DNA of 64,000 nt from Pecten maximus. Taxonomy: Eukaryota. The position numbers and the translations under genes were made by a program. The stretch is taken from the NCBI RefSeq assembly GCF_902652985.1, contig NC_047017.1:38130001-38194000 (forward strand), in the 5' to 3' direction. Below are positions 1-14,280 of the stretch, piece after piece; the stretch's first letter is position 1; the number at the start of each line of letters is the position of its first letter. The notes under the pieces were generated by a model, which was not told where the DNA came from, made no database searches, and worked only from the letters and a program-made list of their open reading frames with translations.

Positions 1-1229
1 TTAAAACCTGCAAAGTAGTTCCAACTGGCATGCCAGAGAAATATTAGCTTTACAAAATAATACAAGTATACAGTAGTCCATGTCATTTATTTGTTATATT
101 GTTTATTTTATCAGGTAATCATTTCAAAGAAAGATGATTGAGAGGATTAAGGTGTATTGACAGTTCAGCTGTGAATAACATGCTAACCAGTGTGTGATGT
201 ATTGACGGACCAGGAACCAAGATGTACAGCAGACAAGATAATGTTGTGACAAAGAACAACTTTGAAACTGCTTGCATTTGTAGCTTTATAGTACATTCAG
301 ACTTTCGCCCACTACCAAATATGGCAGAAAACTATTTTTGTGATGCGATTGACCAAGAATCTGTGACTTTATATACTCTGTGTACTGTATTATACTGTAC
401 GGTACATGGAGATCTGTTTGAAAGAGGGTTCGGCCCAAGCATTGTCAGACCGATCTTGCTCAAGTCAATTTGATGTGATTCATGTCAATACTGACAAAAA
501 TATATGTACAATGTACATGTATGATTGGTATCATTAAGGGTCTGTGATGGCTTTTGATGTAAATATTTTGTCATAGAGAAAGAAATAATCAGACAGGTCA
601 ACAATTCTAAACATATGCTGCTTGTAATATGTCATTGGAACGACAATTTCAGTGGGGTTTTGGATGTATGAGATATGACAGGCTGATAGCTATAGGAGGA
701 CACTTATAGTACAATGAGTGGTACAGGAGTTTGTATGGTAGTTATGATAAATAGTAAGTTATATTGTGTGGAAATTTTGTTTATTTTTGTTTTTAAAATA
801 AAAATAACATGCAGAAAAATAATTTTTTGTTATTGAAGATGTATGTTTTTGTTTGATGTATTTTTGTTTTCGTTACACTTTCATGCTATTTGAACGCTAA
901 TGTGCTATGGTGCTCTGTTTCTCGTACCACTTTCAAAGTTATCAGATTATGTTTAGACATCCTAACTTATTCTCCATACAAAATCAACCCTGGAATGGGA
1001 TATTAGATGTATATCAATTTGTTTAATTGAATGACTTTAACTGATTTTCAGTGTCACATGTATCTAGGTCAAGATGAGCTAAAACCTTAAAACAACTTTG
1101 AACCAGTCAAGAAAGCTAAGGCCATGTTATTTGGCCAGTATAATGTTGGGATGAAAACCTTCCAAATGTTTCAAGTTAATCATCCTGGTCAGCTTTCATG
1201 GTAAAGGATGTCTTGACAATTAAAATGTT

Positions 1230-2570
1230 ACACCAATCACCAAGAATACACCAGTCACAAAGGATACATAATCACTGAAGATACACCAATCACCACAGTT
1301 ACTACGGATACACTAGTCACCAAGGATACACACTTATTAAAAGATACACCAATCACCACGGTTACTCAAGACACCGAGGATACACACTTGCTAAAGATAC
1401 AACAATCAACAAGCATACTTAATTGCTGAATATACAATGTACACAATTTACCAAAGTTACACTGTACAATAACTTCTCTGGGAAAAACATGAGCACCACT
1501 GGTCAAGTTAGAGTTTAAAAGTAAAAAGGTGAAACAAAGCGGTGCAATTTTACTGAATTAGTAGTATCTTAAACTACTGTTAGGAAAGGATAAACATTAC
1601 GAGAAATTTTGTACTAGACAATAGGGAAAGCAGTCATCAATATTTACTAATCACCATGTATACACAATCGCTTGAAATACACCAATCAACACATACAAAT
1701 ATGTATATCATTCACTAAGAATACACTGATTACCAAAGAAACTGGCTTGAGTTTTACCAATCACCAAGGATACCCCAGTCATTAACGATACACCAATTAT
1801 CAAGGATATACCAATGGGCAAAGACCCGCCATTCACCAAAAATACACCAATCATCACAGATTTGTCAATCCCAAACAGACCCCAGACACTATGGATACAC
1901 CAGTCACCAATGATACACAGTCGCTAAAGATACACCAATCACCAAGAATACAACAGTCACAAAGAAAACTCTAATAACAAATGATTCTTCAATTACCAAG
2001 GATACACCAATCACCAAGGATTCTTCTTTTACCAAGGATACACCAATTACCAAGGATACACCAATCACCAAGGATACACCAATTACCAAGGATACACCAA
2101 TCACCAAGGATACACCAGTCACCAAGGATACACCAATTACCAATGATTCTTCAATTACCAATGATTCTTCAATTACCAAGGATACACCAGTCACCAAGGA
2201 TACACCAGTCACCAAGGATACACCAATTACCAAGGATACACCAATTACCAAGGATACACCAGTCACCAAGGATACACCAATCACCAAGGATACACCAATT
2301 ACCAAGGATACACCAATTACCAAGGGTACACCAATTTCCAAGGATACACCAATCACCAATGATATTAATTACCAAGGATACACCAATTACCAAGGATACA
2401 CCATTCACCAAGGATACACCAATTACCAAGGATACACCAGTCACCAAGGATACACCAATTACCAAGGATACACCAATTACCACGGATACACCAGTCACCA
2501 AGGATACACCAATCACCAATGATTCTTCAATTACCAAGGATATAACAATAAATAAAGATGAGGGATACAT
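1230..2570. repeat. 18-bp minisatellite (ACCAAGGATACACCAATY / ...CAGTC); degenerate from ~1230, homogeneous ~1900-2540
   Basis: Direct repetition of ACCAAGGATACACCAATT/ATC/GTC; produces the 6-aa periodic ORFs (VIGVSL, TKDTPI). Confidence 0.95.
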
Positions 2571-2737
2571 TCACCACCAAGAGTACTTTAATGAAATATG
2601 GCTTGGTCTAATGAAATACTTCACTGCACCTAGGGTGAAATAGGGGATCCATATCTGTGGGGAAAGATCACAACTTGACGAACCTGAAGTCTACCGAATG
2701 TATCATTGCATTGTTGTCATATACTGTATTCTTATAA

Positions 2738-3407
2738 ACCTTGAGTTCAGGTCCACATCCTGACCAACTCCATCCTGTCTCATCCTTGAGTTCACGTCCA
2801 CATCCTGACCAACTCCATCCGGTCTCATCCTTGAGTTCATATCCACATCCTGACCAACTCCATCCTGTCTCATCCTTGAGTTCATATCCACATCCTGACC
2901 AACTCCATCCTGTCTCATCCTTGATTTCACGTCCACATCCTGACCAACTCCATCCCGTCTCATCCTTGAGTTCACTTCCTCATCCTGACCAACTCCATCC
3001 TGTCTCATCCTTAAGTACACATCCACATCCTGACCAACTCCATCCCATCTTATCCTTGAGTTCACGTCCACATCCTGACCAACTCCATCCGGTCTCATCC
3101 TTGAGTTCACTTCCACATCCTGACCAACTCCATCCTGTCTCATCCTTGAGTTAATTTCCTCATCCTGACCAACTCCATCCGGTCTCATCCTTGAGTTCAT
3201 ATCCACATCCTGACCAACTCCATCCCGTCTCATCCTTGAGTTCATATCCACATCCTGACCAACTCCATCCTGTCTCATCCTTAAGTACACATCCACATCC
3301 TGACCAACTCCATCCCATCTTATCCTTGAGTTCATTTCCATATCCTGACTGAACTCAATCCCGTCTCATCCTTGAGTTCACTTCCACATCCTGACCAACT
3401 CCATCCT
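2738..3407. repeat. 45-bp minisatellite, ~15 copies
   Basis: TGACCAACTCCATCCTGTCTCATCCTTGAGTTCACGTCCACATCC recurs at 2761, 2806 etc. Confidence 0.96.
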
Positions 3408-3584
3408 GGAAGGGGAGTAACTCTGTAGAGCTTAGGTCATTAAACTGACATTTGGTGGAAGGGGAGTAACTCTGTACATCTTAGGTCATTAAACTGACAT
3501 TTGGTGGAAGGACATTAACTGTAGAGCTTAGGTCATTAAACTGACATTGGTGGAAGGGGAGTAACTCGGTAGATCTTAGGTCAT
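3407..3584. repeat. 49-bp tandem repeat, ~3.5 copies
   Basis: TGGAAGGGGAGTAACTCTGTAGAGCTTAGGTCATTAAACTGACATTTGG; CTTAGGTCAT at 3431 and 3480. Confidence 0.9.
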
Positions 3585-3594
3585 AGCAAAAATA

Positions 3595-3883
3595 AACAAG
3601 TAACACGAAATCACCAGTTAACAGGTAACAATGAACCATTTTTTAATAGGTAACACAGAAAAAACAATCAACAGGTAACACAGAACACAGAGACACCGGA
3701 TCAACAGGTAACACGGCAACACAAATCAACAGGTAACACGAAAACACTAATCAACAGGTAACAAGGAAACACCGGATCAACAGGTAACACGGAAACACCA
3801 GTCAACAGGTAACACGGAAACAACAATTAACAAGTAACACGGAAACACCGGATCAACAGGTAACACGGAAACACGAATCAACA
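3595..3883. repeat. Degenerate 25-26-bp minisatellite (AACAGGTAACACGGAAACACCGGATC)
   Basis: AACAGGTAACA core repeated about 10 times. Confidence 0.88.
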
Positions 3884-4433
3884 AAATACAGAATGTTTAA
3901 TCTTGCGGTTCGTGTCTACACCAGAGGCTTTCTGCGATTGGCTATCCAAGAATCTGACATACACATATTGATATTGGTTAACGTAATCTATCTACTATCA
4001 CAGGGAAATGCTATATGCACTCAAAATGTAACCAATCAGAGGCGAGTCACCATAGAGACTTACCATCAATTGGAGACTTTAAAGAATGCATATAAAATAA
4101 TGTATATACGGAGAGAAACACACATCATCACATGTTATTGATATTGTATTATCTCTTGATCATATTTTGTATACCTATCAGACCCCGAGAGACATTGGTA
4201 GCGCTGTATGTAGTCTGGAACTGATAAAACGAGTTATGGAGGCCTGTTTTATATGCACGAGTAGAGAAAACAGCGAACGCCAATACTTTATAGCGACTAT
4301 TAACTGCTGTCGAACGATTTTAGACTCATTTCGTAACTTGCAAACTATGCCACGTACATCACATTCAAACATTTCATGATTTTGAAAGCGAAAATAATAT
4401 CAATTAACAAAGTACCAGGTCAACGGCAGTTTC

Positions 4434-4723
4434 CTGACCAGTCCCTTTACTGTACACCGGAAGTCGGTTGACCAGTCCCTCTACTATATACCGGTAGTCG
4501 TCTGACCAGTCCCTCTACTGTACACCGATAGTCGTCTGACCAGTCCCTCTACTGTACACCGGTAGTCGTCTGACCAGTCCCTCTACTGTACACCGGAAGT
4601 CGTCTGACCAGTCCCTCTACTGTACACCGGAAGTCGTCTAACCAGTCCCTCTACTGTACACCGGAAGTCGTCTGACCAGTCCCTCTACTGTACACCGGAA
4701 GTCGTTAGACCAGTCCCTCTACT
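4434..4723. repeat. 34-bp minisatellite, ~8.5 copies
   Basis: TGACCAGTCCCTCTACTGTACACCGGAAGTCGTC at 4503, 4537 etc. Confidence 0.95.
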
Positions 4724-5003
4724 ATGCACTTAAATCTATTTGAAGTCAATCTTTCTCACGGTCGACAATGGAGGAGCGGGTTTCACATTGCCAGACATAC
4801 AGACATACAATTATGTTTCACTGTTGTGTATAACATGACACTTTAGCTGTTTTCTTGGTTGCTATGAAACAACGAATATAAATACAAAGAATATGGTTGT
4901 AAGTATTATTGTTATACATTGTATTATCGTTACATGGACTAAAAGAGAACAATTCCTCTCATATCGTATCTAATCGGAAGGTGCCTCGAAACCTTCAAGG
5001 ACT

Positions 5004-5370
5004 TTAGGCCTATAATAACAACTAAACTTATATATAACACATTAGACTATAGGCTTCATGTCTATAATAACAACTAAACTTATATATAACACACCAGACT
5101 ATATAGGCTTCATGTCTATAATAACAACTAAACTTATATATAACACATTAGACTATAGGCTTCATGTCTATAATAACAACTAAACATATATATAACACAT
5201 TAGACTATAGACTTCATGTCTATAATAACAACTAAACATATATATAACACATAGACTATAGGCTTCATGTCTATAATAACAACTAAACATATATTAAAAC
5301 ACCAGACTTCAGACTTCATGTCTATTATAACAACTAAACTAATATTAGCACACCTGACTTTAGACCTTAT
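5004..5370. repeat. ~52-bp AT-rich minisatellite, ~7 copies
   Basis: TAGACTATAGGCTTCATGTCTATAATAACAACTAAACTTATATATAACACAT; TATAATAACA at 5011, 5063. Confidence 0.92.
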
Positions 5371-8300
5371 AATACCCATAATACACAGGGAAGTTCCCCT
5401 CCTGCAATCCTATACAACCAACAGAAAGTTCCCCTCCTTCCAACCTGTAATACCAACGGGAAATACCTCTCCCATAGACCTGTAATACCAACGTCAAGCA
5501 CCCCTCCGATAGACATGTACTACTCACGGAAAGAAGCCCCTCCTACAAACCTGTATTACCCACAGAAAGTTCCCCTCCTTCCAACCTGTACTACCCACGG
5601 CAAGCATCCCCTCCTACACACCCATAATACCCACGGGAAGTACCCTCCTACACACATGTACTACCCACGGGATGTATCCCCTCCTACAAACCCATACTAC
5701 CAACGGGATGTACCCCTCTTACAAACCTGTACTACTCACGGGATATACCCCTATAACAAACCCATACTACCCGGGGGATGTACCCCTCCTACAAACCTGT
5801 ACTACCCAAGGGGTATACCCCTCCTACAAACCCATACTACCCACGGGATGTACCCCTCTTACAAACCTGTACTACCCACGGGATGTACCCCTGCTACAAA
5901 CCTGTACTACCCACGGGATGTACCCCTGCTACAAACCTGTACTACCCACGGGATGTACTCCTCCTACAAACCTGTACTACCCACGGGATGTACCCCTCCT
6001 ACAAACACATACTACCCACGGGATGTACCCCTCCTACAAACCTGTACTACCCACGGGATGTACCCCCTCCTACAAACCTGTACTACTCACGGGATGTACC
6101 CCTCCCACAAACCTGTACTATCCACGGGAAGCACCCCTCCTACAAACACATACTACCCATGGGATGTACCCTCCTACAAACCCATACTACCCACGGGATG
6201 TACCCCTCCTACAAACCTGTACTACTCACGGGATGTACCCTTCTACAAACCTGTACTACCCACGGGATGTACCCCTCCTACAAATCTGTACTACCGACGA
6301 GGTGTACCCCTCGTATAAACCCATACTACTAACGGGATGTACCCTCCTACAAACACATACTACCCACGGGATGTACCCTCCTACAAACCTGTACTACCCA
6401 CGGGATGTACCCCTCCTACAAACCCATACTACCCACGGGATGAAACCTCCTACAAACACATACTACCCACGGGATTTACCCCCAACAAACCTGTACTACC
6501 CCCGAGATGTAACCTCCTACAAACACATACTACCCACGGGATGTACCCCTCCTACAAACACATACTCCCGACGGGAAGTACCTCTCCTACAAACCCATAC
6601 TACCCACGGGATGTACCCCTCCTACAAACCTGTACTACTCACGGGATGCACCCCTCCCACAAACCTGTACTATCCACGGGAAGCACCCCTCCTACAAACC
6701 CATACTACCCACGGGATGTACCCCTCCTACAAACATGTACTACTCACGGGATGTACCCTTCTTCAAACCTGTACTACCCACGGGATGTACCCCTCCTACA
6801 AACCTGTACTACCCACGAGGTGTACCCCTCCTATAAACCCATACTACTTACGGGATATACCCTCCTACAAACACATACTACCCACGGGATGTACCCTCCT
6901 ACAAACCTGTACTACCCACGGGATGTACCTTCCTACAAACCCATACTACCCACGGGAAGTACCCCTCCTACAAACCAATACTACCCACGGGATGTACCCC
7001 TCTTACAAACCTGTACTACCCACGGGATATACCCCTCTTACAAATCCATACTACCCACGGGATGTATCCCTCTTACAAATCCATACTACCCACGGGATGT
7101 ATCCCTCTTACAAACCCATACTACCCACGGGATGTACCCCTCCTACAAACCTGTACCACCCACGGGATGTACCCCTCCTACAAACCTGTACTACCCACGG
7201 GATGTACCCCTCCTACAAACCTGTACTACCAACGGGATGTAACCATCTTACAAACCCATACTACCCACGGGATGTAACCCTCCTACAAACCTGTACTACC
7301 AACGGGATGTAACCATCTTACAAACCCATACTACCCACGAGATGTACCCCTCTTACAAACCCACACTACCCACGGGATGTACCCCTCCTACAAACCCATA
7401 CTACCCACAGGATGTAACCCTCCTACAAACCCATACTACCAACGGGATGTACCTTCTTAAAAACCCATACTACCCACGGGATGTACCCCTCCTACAAACC
7501 TGTATCACTCACGGGATGTACCCTTCTACAAACCCATAGTACCCACGGGATGTACTCCTCCCACAAACCTGTACTACCCACGGGATGTATCGCTCCTACA
7601 AACCCATACTACCCACGGGATGTAACCCTCCTACAAACCCATACTACCCACAGGATGTACCCCTCCTACAAACCCATACTACCCACGAGATGTACCTTCT
7701 TACAAACCCATACTACCCACGGGATGTAACCCTCCTACAAACACATACTACCCACGGGATGTACCCCTCCTACAAACCCATACTACCCACAGGATGTACC
7801 CTCCTACAAACCCATACTACCCACGGGAAGTACCCGTCCTACAAACCCATGCTACCAACGGGATGTACCCTCCTACAAACCCATACTACCCACGGGATGT
7901 ACCCCTCCTACAAACACATACTACCCACGGGATGTACCCCTCCTACAAACCCATACTACCAACGGGATGTAACCATCCTACAAACCTGTACTACCCACGG
8001 GATGTACCCCTCCTACAAACCCACACTACCCACGAGATGTACCCCTCCTGCAAACCCATACTACCCACGGGATGTACCCCTCCTACAAACCCATACTACC
8101 CACGGGATGTAACCCTCCTACAAACCCATACTACCCACAGGATGTACCCCTCCTACAAACCCATACTACCCACGAGATGTACCTTCTTACAAACCCATAC
8201 TACCCACGGGATGTACCCCTCCTACAAACACATACTACCCACGGGATGTACCCCTCCTGCAAACCCATACTACCCACGGGATGTACCCCTCCTACAAACC

Positions 8301-8413
8301 CATACTACCCACGGGATGTACCCCTCCTACAAACCCATACTACCCACGGGATGTACCCCTGCTACAAACCCATACTACCCACTGGATATACCCGTCTTAC
8401 AAACCTGTACTAT
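5370..8413. repeat. 35-bp minisatellite, ~85 copies
   Basis: CCACGGGATGTACCCCTCCTACAAACC(TG/CA)TACTAC; period 35 (5881, 5916); degenerate left edge. Confidence 0.97.
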
Positions 8414-9747
8414 CTAGTTGGAACTATATAAGCCACTCGAACATGGGATTTACATAAATTTTAATGGGGAAAAATCATACTGACATATGTGTTATTTGAA
8501 CCTTTCGCGTTAGGAAATGCGGACTATTGAGGTAGTGAAGATCGCCTGTAAATGTGTATCGAGTTTCCATTAATTAACGTTTCCCGGGTGCCGATATTTT
8601 TAAAGAGGCAGTTTTACCTATTACACGATTCTTTATAGTTATGATTAGCTACCAAGTTTGTGATATCGGATCATGACCATAATTAACGCCGTCATACCAA
8701 GCTATTTAAATAGGTACCTGCAGATCACTTTACCAGAATATAAATTGTGTTAGAGTAAAACGATAATTTACGATATAAAAGCTTCGATTGCTGACGGCAA
8801 TTCTTTTTTTTTTCAGCGTTTCTCAATTTCTTTTTCAATGAAACGACTGATAATATAAATTTGACATACTGTGATTGTACAATGTGAATATGTGCAATTG
8901 AATATCTCATGAACGACGAATCCCTACTACAAACGAGGTCGTATTTTCGAAACATGTTCTGTGAGTGTCTATGATCACTTAACACTGCTAATGTCACTTT
9001 AAAGCCACAGGCTTGTTCGGCAGACGACTCTTGGTTCCTTCTTCGCCTCCTGTACTCTCTCGCGACTTCAAAATGTACTAAGGGTATAGGGATGTATGGG
9101 TATTGTTCAGAATTGATAGTGGAAGCAGAAAGATATATTGATGAATTGTATAAGAGCCAATTCTATTATGAACACGGCCGTGTCCAAGATACCTAATGAC
9201 GTCATACTACGTATATACACGTAACTTTGTCGACACATACGAAAAACAGGATTCGTTAATGTGTAAATAAAAACGAAATTTATTAAGTAAAAACATATTT
9301 TAAAAATCACAGACATGTTGACATTAAAACAAATAAACACAAACATTTATCAACTAATATTTCATATACATGTACCTCAATTTTCATTTTTTAAATCGCG
9401 TCCGTCTTTATTCGATAGCCAAGTGTCTTCTAATTCCACTACACACCTGTGGATTTGTGAATGTTAGGTGAGCCGTTCCTGTTGTGAACTTGAAATACCA
9501 ATAACTATCACCTAATAAGCCGAATGTTCTACTATAAAATGAAGTTACATATAGTTACTACTGTGACATAAGTATTGTCACTAAATACCCTAGTAAACTT
9601 AAACAACTTACACAATGTATAGAAACCAATGGCACTATGAATACCTGAGTATAGTCTAAGGATTTATGTCTTTGTTTAGCAAGAAATACATGAAGTCAAT
9701 GGAAGACAAACTCGATAATAAACAGATTGTAGTGACAGTAACAATCA

Positions 9748-12700
9748 CTTATATAAGACCAGGATATTGTATTACATTAGTAACAGTTACCTATATAAGG
9801 CCATAAGACCAGGGTATTGTATTACATTAGTAACAGTTACCTATATAAGGCCAGGATATTTATTACTTTAGTAACAGTTACCTATATAAGGCCAGGATAT
9901 TGTATTACTTTAGTAACAGTTACCTATATAAGGTCAGGATATTGTATCACATTAGTAACAGTTACCTATATAAGGCCAGGATATTTATTACATTAGTAAC
10001 AGTTACCTATATAAGGCCAGGATATTGTATTACTTTAGTAACAGTTACCTATATAAGGCCAGGATATTGTATTACATTAGTAACAGTTACCTATGTAAGG
10101 CCAGGATATTGTATTACTTCAGTAACAGTTACCTATATAAGGTCCCAGGATATTGTGTTACTTTAGTAACAGTTACCTATATAATGACAGGATTTTGTAT
10201 TGCTTCAGTAACAGTTACCTATATAAGGTCAGGATATTGTATTACATTAGTAACAGTTACCTATATAAGGCCAGGATATAGTATTACATTAGGAACAGTT
10301 ACCTATATAAGGTCAGGATATTGTATTACATTAGTAACAGTTACCTATATAACGCCAGGATATAGTATTACATTAGGAACAGTTACCTATATAAGGTCAG
10401 GATATTGTATTACATTAGTAACAGTTACCTATATAACGCCAGGATATAGTATTACATTAGTAACAGTTACCTATATAACGCCATGATATAGTATTACATT
10501 AGTAACAGTTACCTATATAAGGCCAGGACATTGTATTACTTCAGTAACAGTTACCTATATAAGGCCAGGATGTTGTGTTACTTTAGTAACAGTTACCTAT
10601 ATAAGACCAGGATATTGTATTACATTAGTAACAGTTACCTATATAAGGTCAGAATATTGTATTACATTAGTAACAGTTACCTATATAAGGTCAGGATATT
10701 GTATTACTTCAGTAACAGTTACTTATATAAGGTCAGGATATTGTATTACATTAGTAACAGTTACCTATATAAGGTCAGGATATTGTATTACATTAGTAAC
10801 AGTTACCTATATAAGGCCAGGATGTTGTGTTACTTTAGCAACAGTTACCTATATAAGGTCCCAGGATATTGTATTACATTAGTAACAGTTACCTATATAA
10901 GGTCAGGACATTGTATTACTTCAGTAACAGTTACCTATATAAGGCCAGGATATTGTATTACATTAGTAACAGTTACCTATATAAGGCCAGGATATTGTGT
11001 TACTTTAGTAACAGTTATCTATATAAGGCCAGGATATAGTATTACATTAGTAACAGTTACCTATATAAGGTCAGGATATTGTATTACATTAGTAACAGTT
11101 ACCTATATAAGGCCAGGATGTTGTGTTACTTTAGTAACAGTTACCTATATAAGGCCAGGATATAGTATTACATTAGTAACAGTTACCTATATAAGGTCAG
11201 GATATTGTATTACTTTAGTAACAGTTACCTATATAAGGCCAGGATATTTTATTACATTAGTAACAGTTACCTATATAAGGTCAGGATATTGTATTACTTT
11301 AGTAACAGTTACCTATATAAGACCAGGATATTGTATTACATTAGTAACAGTTACCTATATAAGGTCAGGATATTGTATTACATTAGTAACAGTTACCTAT
11401 ATAAGGTCAGGATAATGTATTACATTAGTAACAGTTACCTATATAAGGTCAGGATATTGTATTACATTAGTAACAGTTACCTATATAAGACCAGGATATT
11501 GTATTACATGAGTAGCAGTTACCTATATAAGGCCAGGATATTGTATTACATTAGTAACAGTTACCTATATAAGGTCAGGATATAGTATTACGTTAGTAAC
11601 GGTTACCTACAGTGTAAGTAAGGCCAGGATATTGTATTACATGAGTAGCAGTTACCTATATAAGGCCAGGATATTGTATTACATGAGTAGCAGTTACCTA
11701 TATAAGGTCAGGATATTGTATTACTTTAGTAACAGTTACCTATATAAGGCCAGGATATTGTGTTACTTTAGTAACAGTTACCTATATAAGGTCCCAGGAT
11801 ATTGTATTACATTAGTAACAGTTACCTATATAAGGCCAGGATATTGTATTACTTTAGTAATAGTTACCTATATAAGGCCTGGATATTGTATTACTTTAGT
11901 AATAGTTACCTATATAAGGCCAGGATATTGTATTACTTTAGTAACAGTTACCTATATAAGGCCAGGACATTGTATTACTTTAGTAACAGTTACCTATATA
12001 AGGTCCCAGGATATTGTATTACATTAGTAACAGTTACCTATATAAGGCCAGGACATTGTATTACTTTAGTAACAGTTACCTATATAAGGCCAGGATATAG
12101 TATTACATGAGTAATAGTTACCTATATAAGGCCTGGATATTGTATTACTTTAGTAACAGTTACCTTTATAAGGCCAGGATATTGTATTACATTAGTAACA
12201 GTTACCTACATAAGGTCAGGATATTGTATTACTTTAGTAACAGTTACCTATATAAGGCCAGGACATTGTATTACTTTAGTAACAGTTACCTATATAAGGT
12301 CCCAGGATATTGTATTACATTAGTAACAGTTACCTATATAAGGTCAGGATATTGTGTTACTTTAGTAACAGTTACCTAAGTAAGGCCAGGATATTGTATT
12401 ACTTTAGTAACAGTTACCTATATAAGGCCAGGATATTGTATTACTTTAGTAACAGTTACCTATATAAGGCCAGGATATTTCATTACTTTAGTAACAGTTA
12501 CCTATATAAGGCCTGGATATTGTATTACTTTAGTAACAGTTACCTATATAAGGCCTGGATATAGTATTACATTAGTAACAGTTACCTATATAAGGCCAGG
12601 ACATTGTATTACTTTAGTAACAGTTACCTATATAAGGTCCCAGGATATTGTATTACATTAGTAACAGTTACCTATATAAGGCCAGGACATTGTATTACTT

Positions 12701-13588
12701 TAGTAACAGTTACCTATATAAGGTCCCAGGATATTGTATTACATTAGTAACAGTTACCTATATAAGGCCAGGACATTGTATTACTTTAGTAACAGTTACC
12801 TATACAAGGTCCCAGGATATTGTATTACATTAGTAACAGTTACCTATATAAGGCCAGGATATTGTATTACATTAGTAACAGTTACCTATATAAGGACAGG
12901 ATATAGTATTACATTAGTAACAGTTACCTATATAAGGCCAGGATATTGTATTACATTAGTAACAGTTACCTATATAAGGTCCCAGGATATTGTATTACAT
13001 TAGTAACAGTTACCTATATAAGGTCAGGATATTGTATTACTTTAGTAACAGTTACCTATATAAGGCCAGGACATTGTATTACTTTAGTAACAGTTACCTA
13101 TATAAGGCCTGGATATTGTATTACTTTAGTAACAGTTACCTATATAAGGTCCCAGGACATTGTATTACTTTAGTAACAGTTACCTATATAAGGCCAGGAT
13201 ATTGTATTACATTAGTAACAGTTACCTATATAAGGCAAGGATATTGTATTACATTAGTAACAGTTACCTATATAAGGCCAGGACATTGTATTACTTTAGT
13301 AACAGTTACCTATATAAGGCAAGGATATTGTATTACATTAGTAACAGTTACCTATATAAGGACAGGATATTGTATTACTTTAGTAATAGTTACCTATATA
13401 AGGACAGGATATTGTATTACTTTAGTAATAGTTACCTATATAAGGCAAGGATATTGTATTACTTTAGTAATAGTTACCTATATAAGGTCAGGATATTGTA
13501 TTACTTTAGTAATAGTTACCTATATAAGGCCAGGATATTGTATTACTTTAGTAATAGTTACCTATATAAGGCCAGGATATTTCATTAC
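9748..13588. repeat. 42-bp minisatellite (with a 44-bp variant), ~90 copies
   Basis: CCAGGATATTGTATTACATTAGTAACAGTTACCTATATAAGG repeated; variant GGTCCCAGG adds 2 bp. Confidence 0.97.
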
Positions 13589-14280
13589 TGTCACGTCCGA
13601 TGTTACATTTGATAACAATAAAAGCACGAATTCGCGTGGGTTTTTCTGGTCCCCGCCAATTTTTTTTTGAATAGAATCGGCCAACCTCCTGGAATGAAGT
13701 TTGGGTGTTAATTAGAAAACAGGCTCCAAAAATAGCCCGAGAGTTCCGTTAGCATTAACTTCGGTACAGCTCCGTGATCAGAACAAAGTGTGTTGGCGAT
13801 AACCAAATATATATAATAGTTGGTGAGGCGACAGCACACGCTCGGCCAAATACGACTTATTTATATACTAGTAATTAGTCTAGAGAAAACATAATCAACG
13901 GGGCTGTACAGAGGGGCCAGTGTTCTATCTACAAAACCTCGACACTAGTTTGTCTAGTGAAGGGCATACTCGGGTATTCCTGTATAGATCTGTGTACGGT
14001 ACGATGACAGTAGAGGGCTAGACAAAGTACAGATCTATATCTACCAGTACTCAATATGTACTCTCTCATCCTTTCACACAATTTATCTATACAATCTATC
14101 GCTAGTCATTTGAGGACGTTGACAGTAATTTAGTAATTGGGTGATTTTTTTTATATAATGAGTGTAAAGAAAATGAATTACACGATGGCATAAAATTTTG
14201 TGCTTAAGATAAAAAAAATGATAATTAATATACTGAGATTATGAATGTTACTTGGTGATAAAATGTTTACATATTGCTCA

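Noticed and set aside
1-1200. Possible 3' UTR of an upstream gene (AATAAA near 797)
   Set aside because: No coding exon could be identified in the window to anchor it.
9748-13588. CArG (SRF) box in each 42-bp unit
   Set aside because: CCTATATAAGG has seven A/T bases, not the canonical six.
5515-13670. Pro/Tyr/Thr-rich ORFs resembling adhesive or extensin-like proteins
   Set aside because: They come from 35-bp and 42/44-bp arrays with frequent frame-shifting indels, so no reading frame is conserved.
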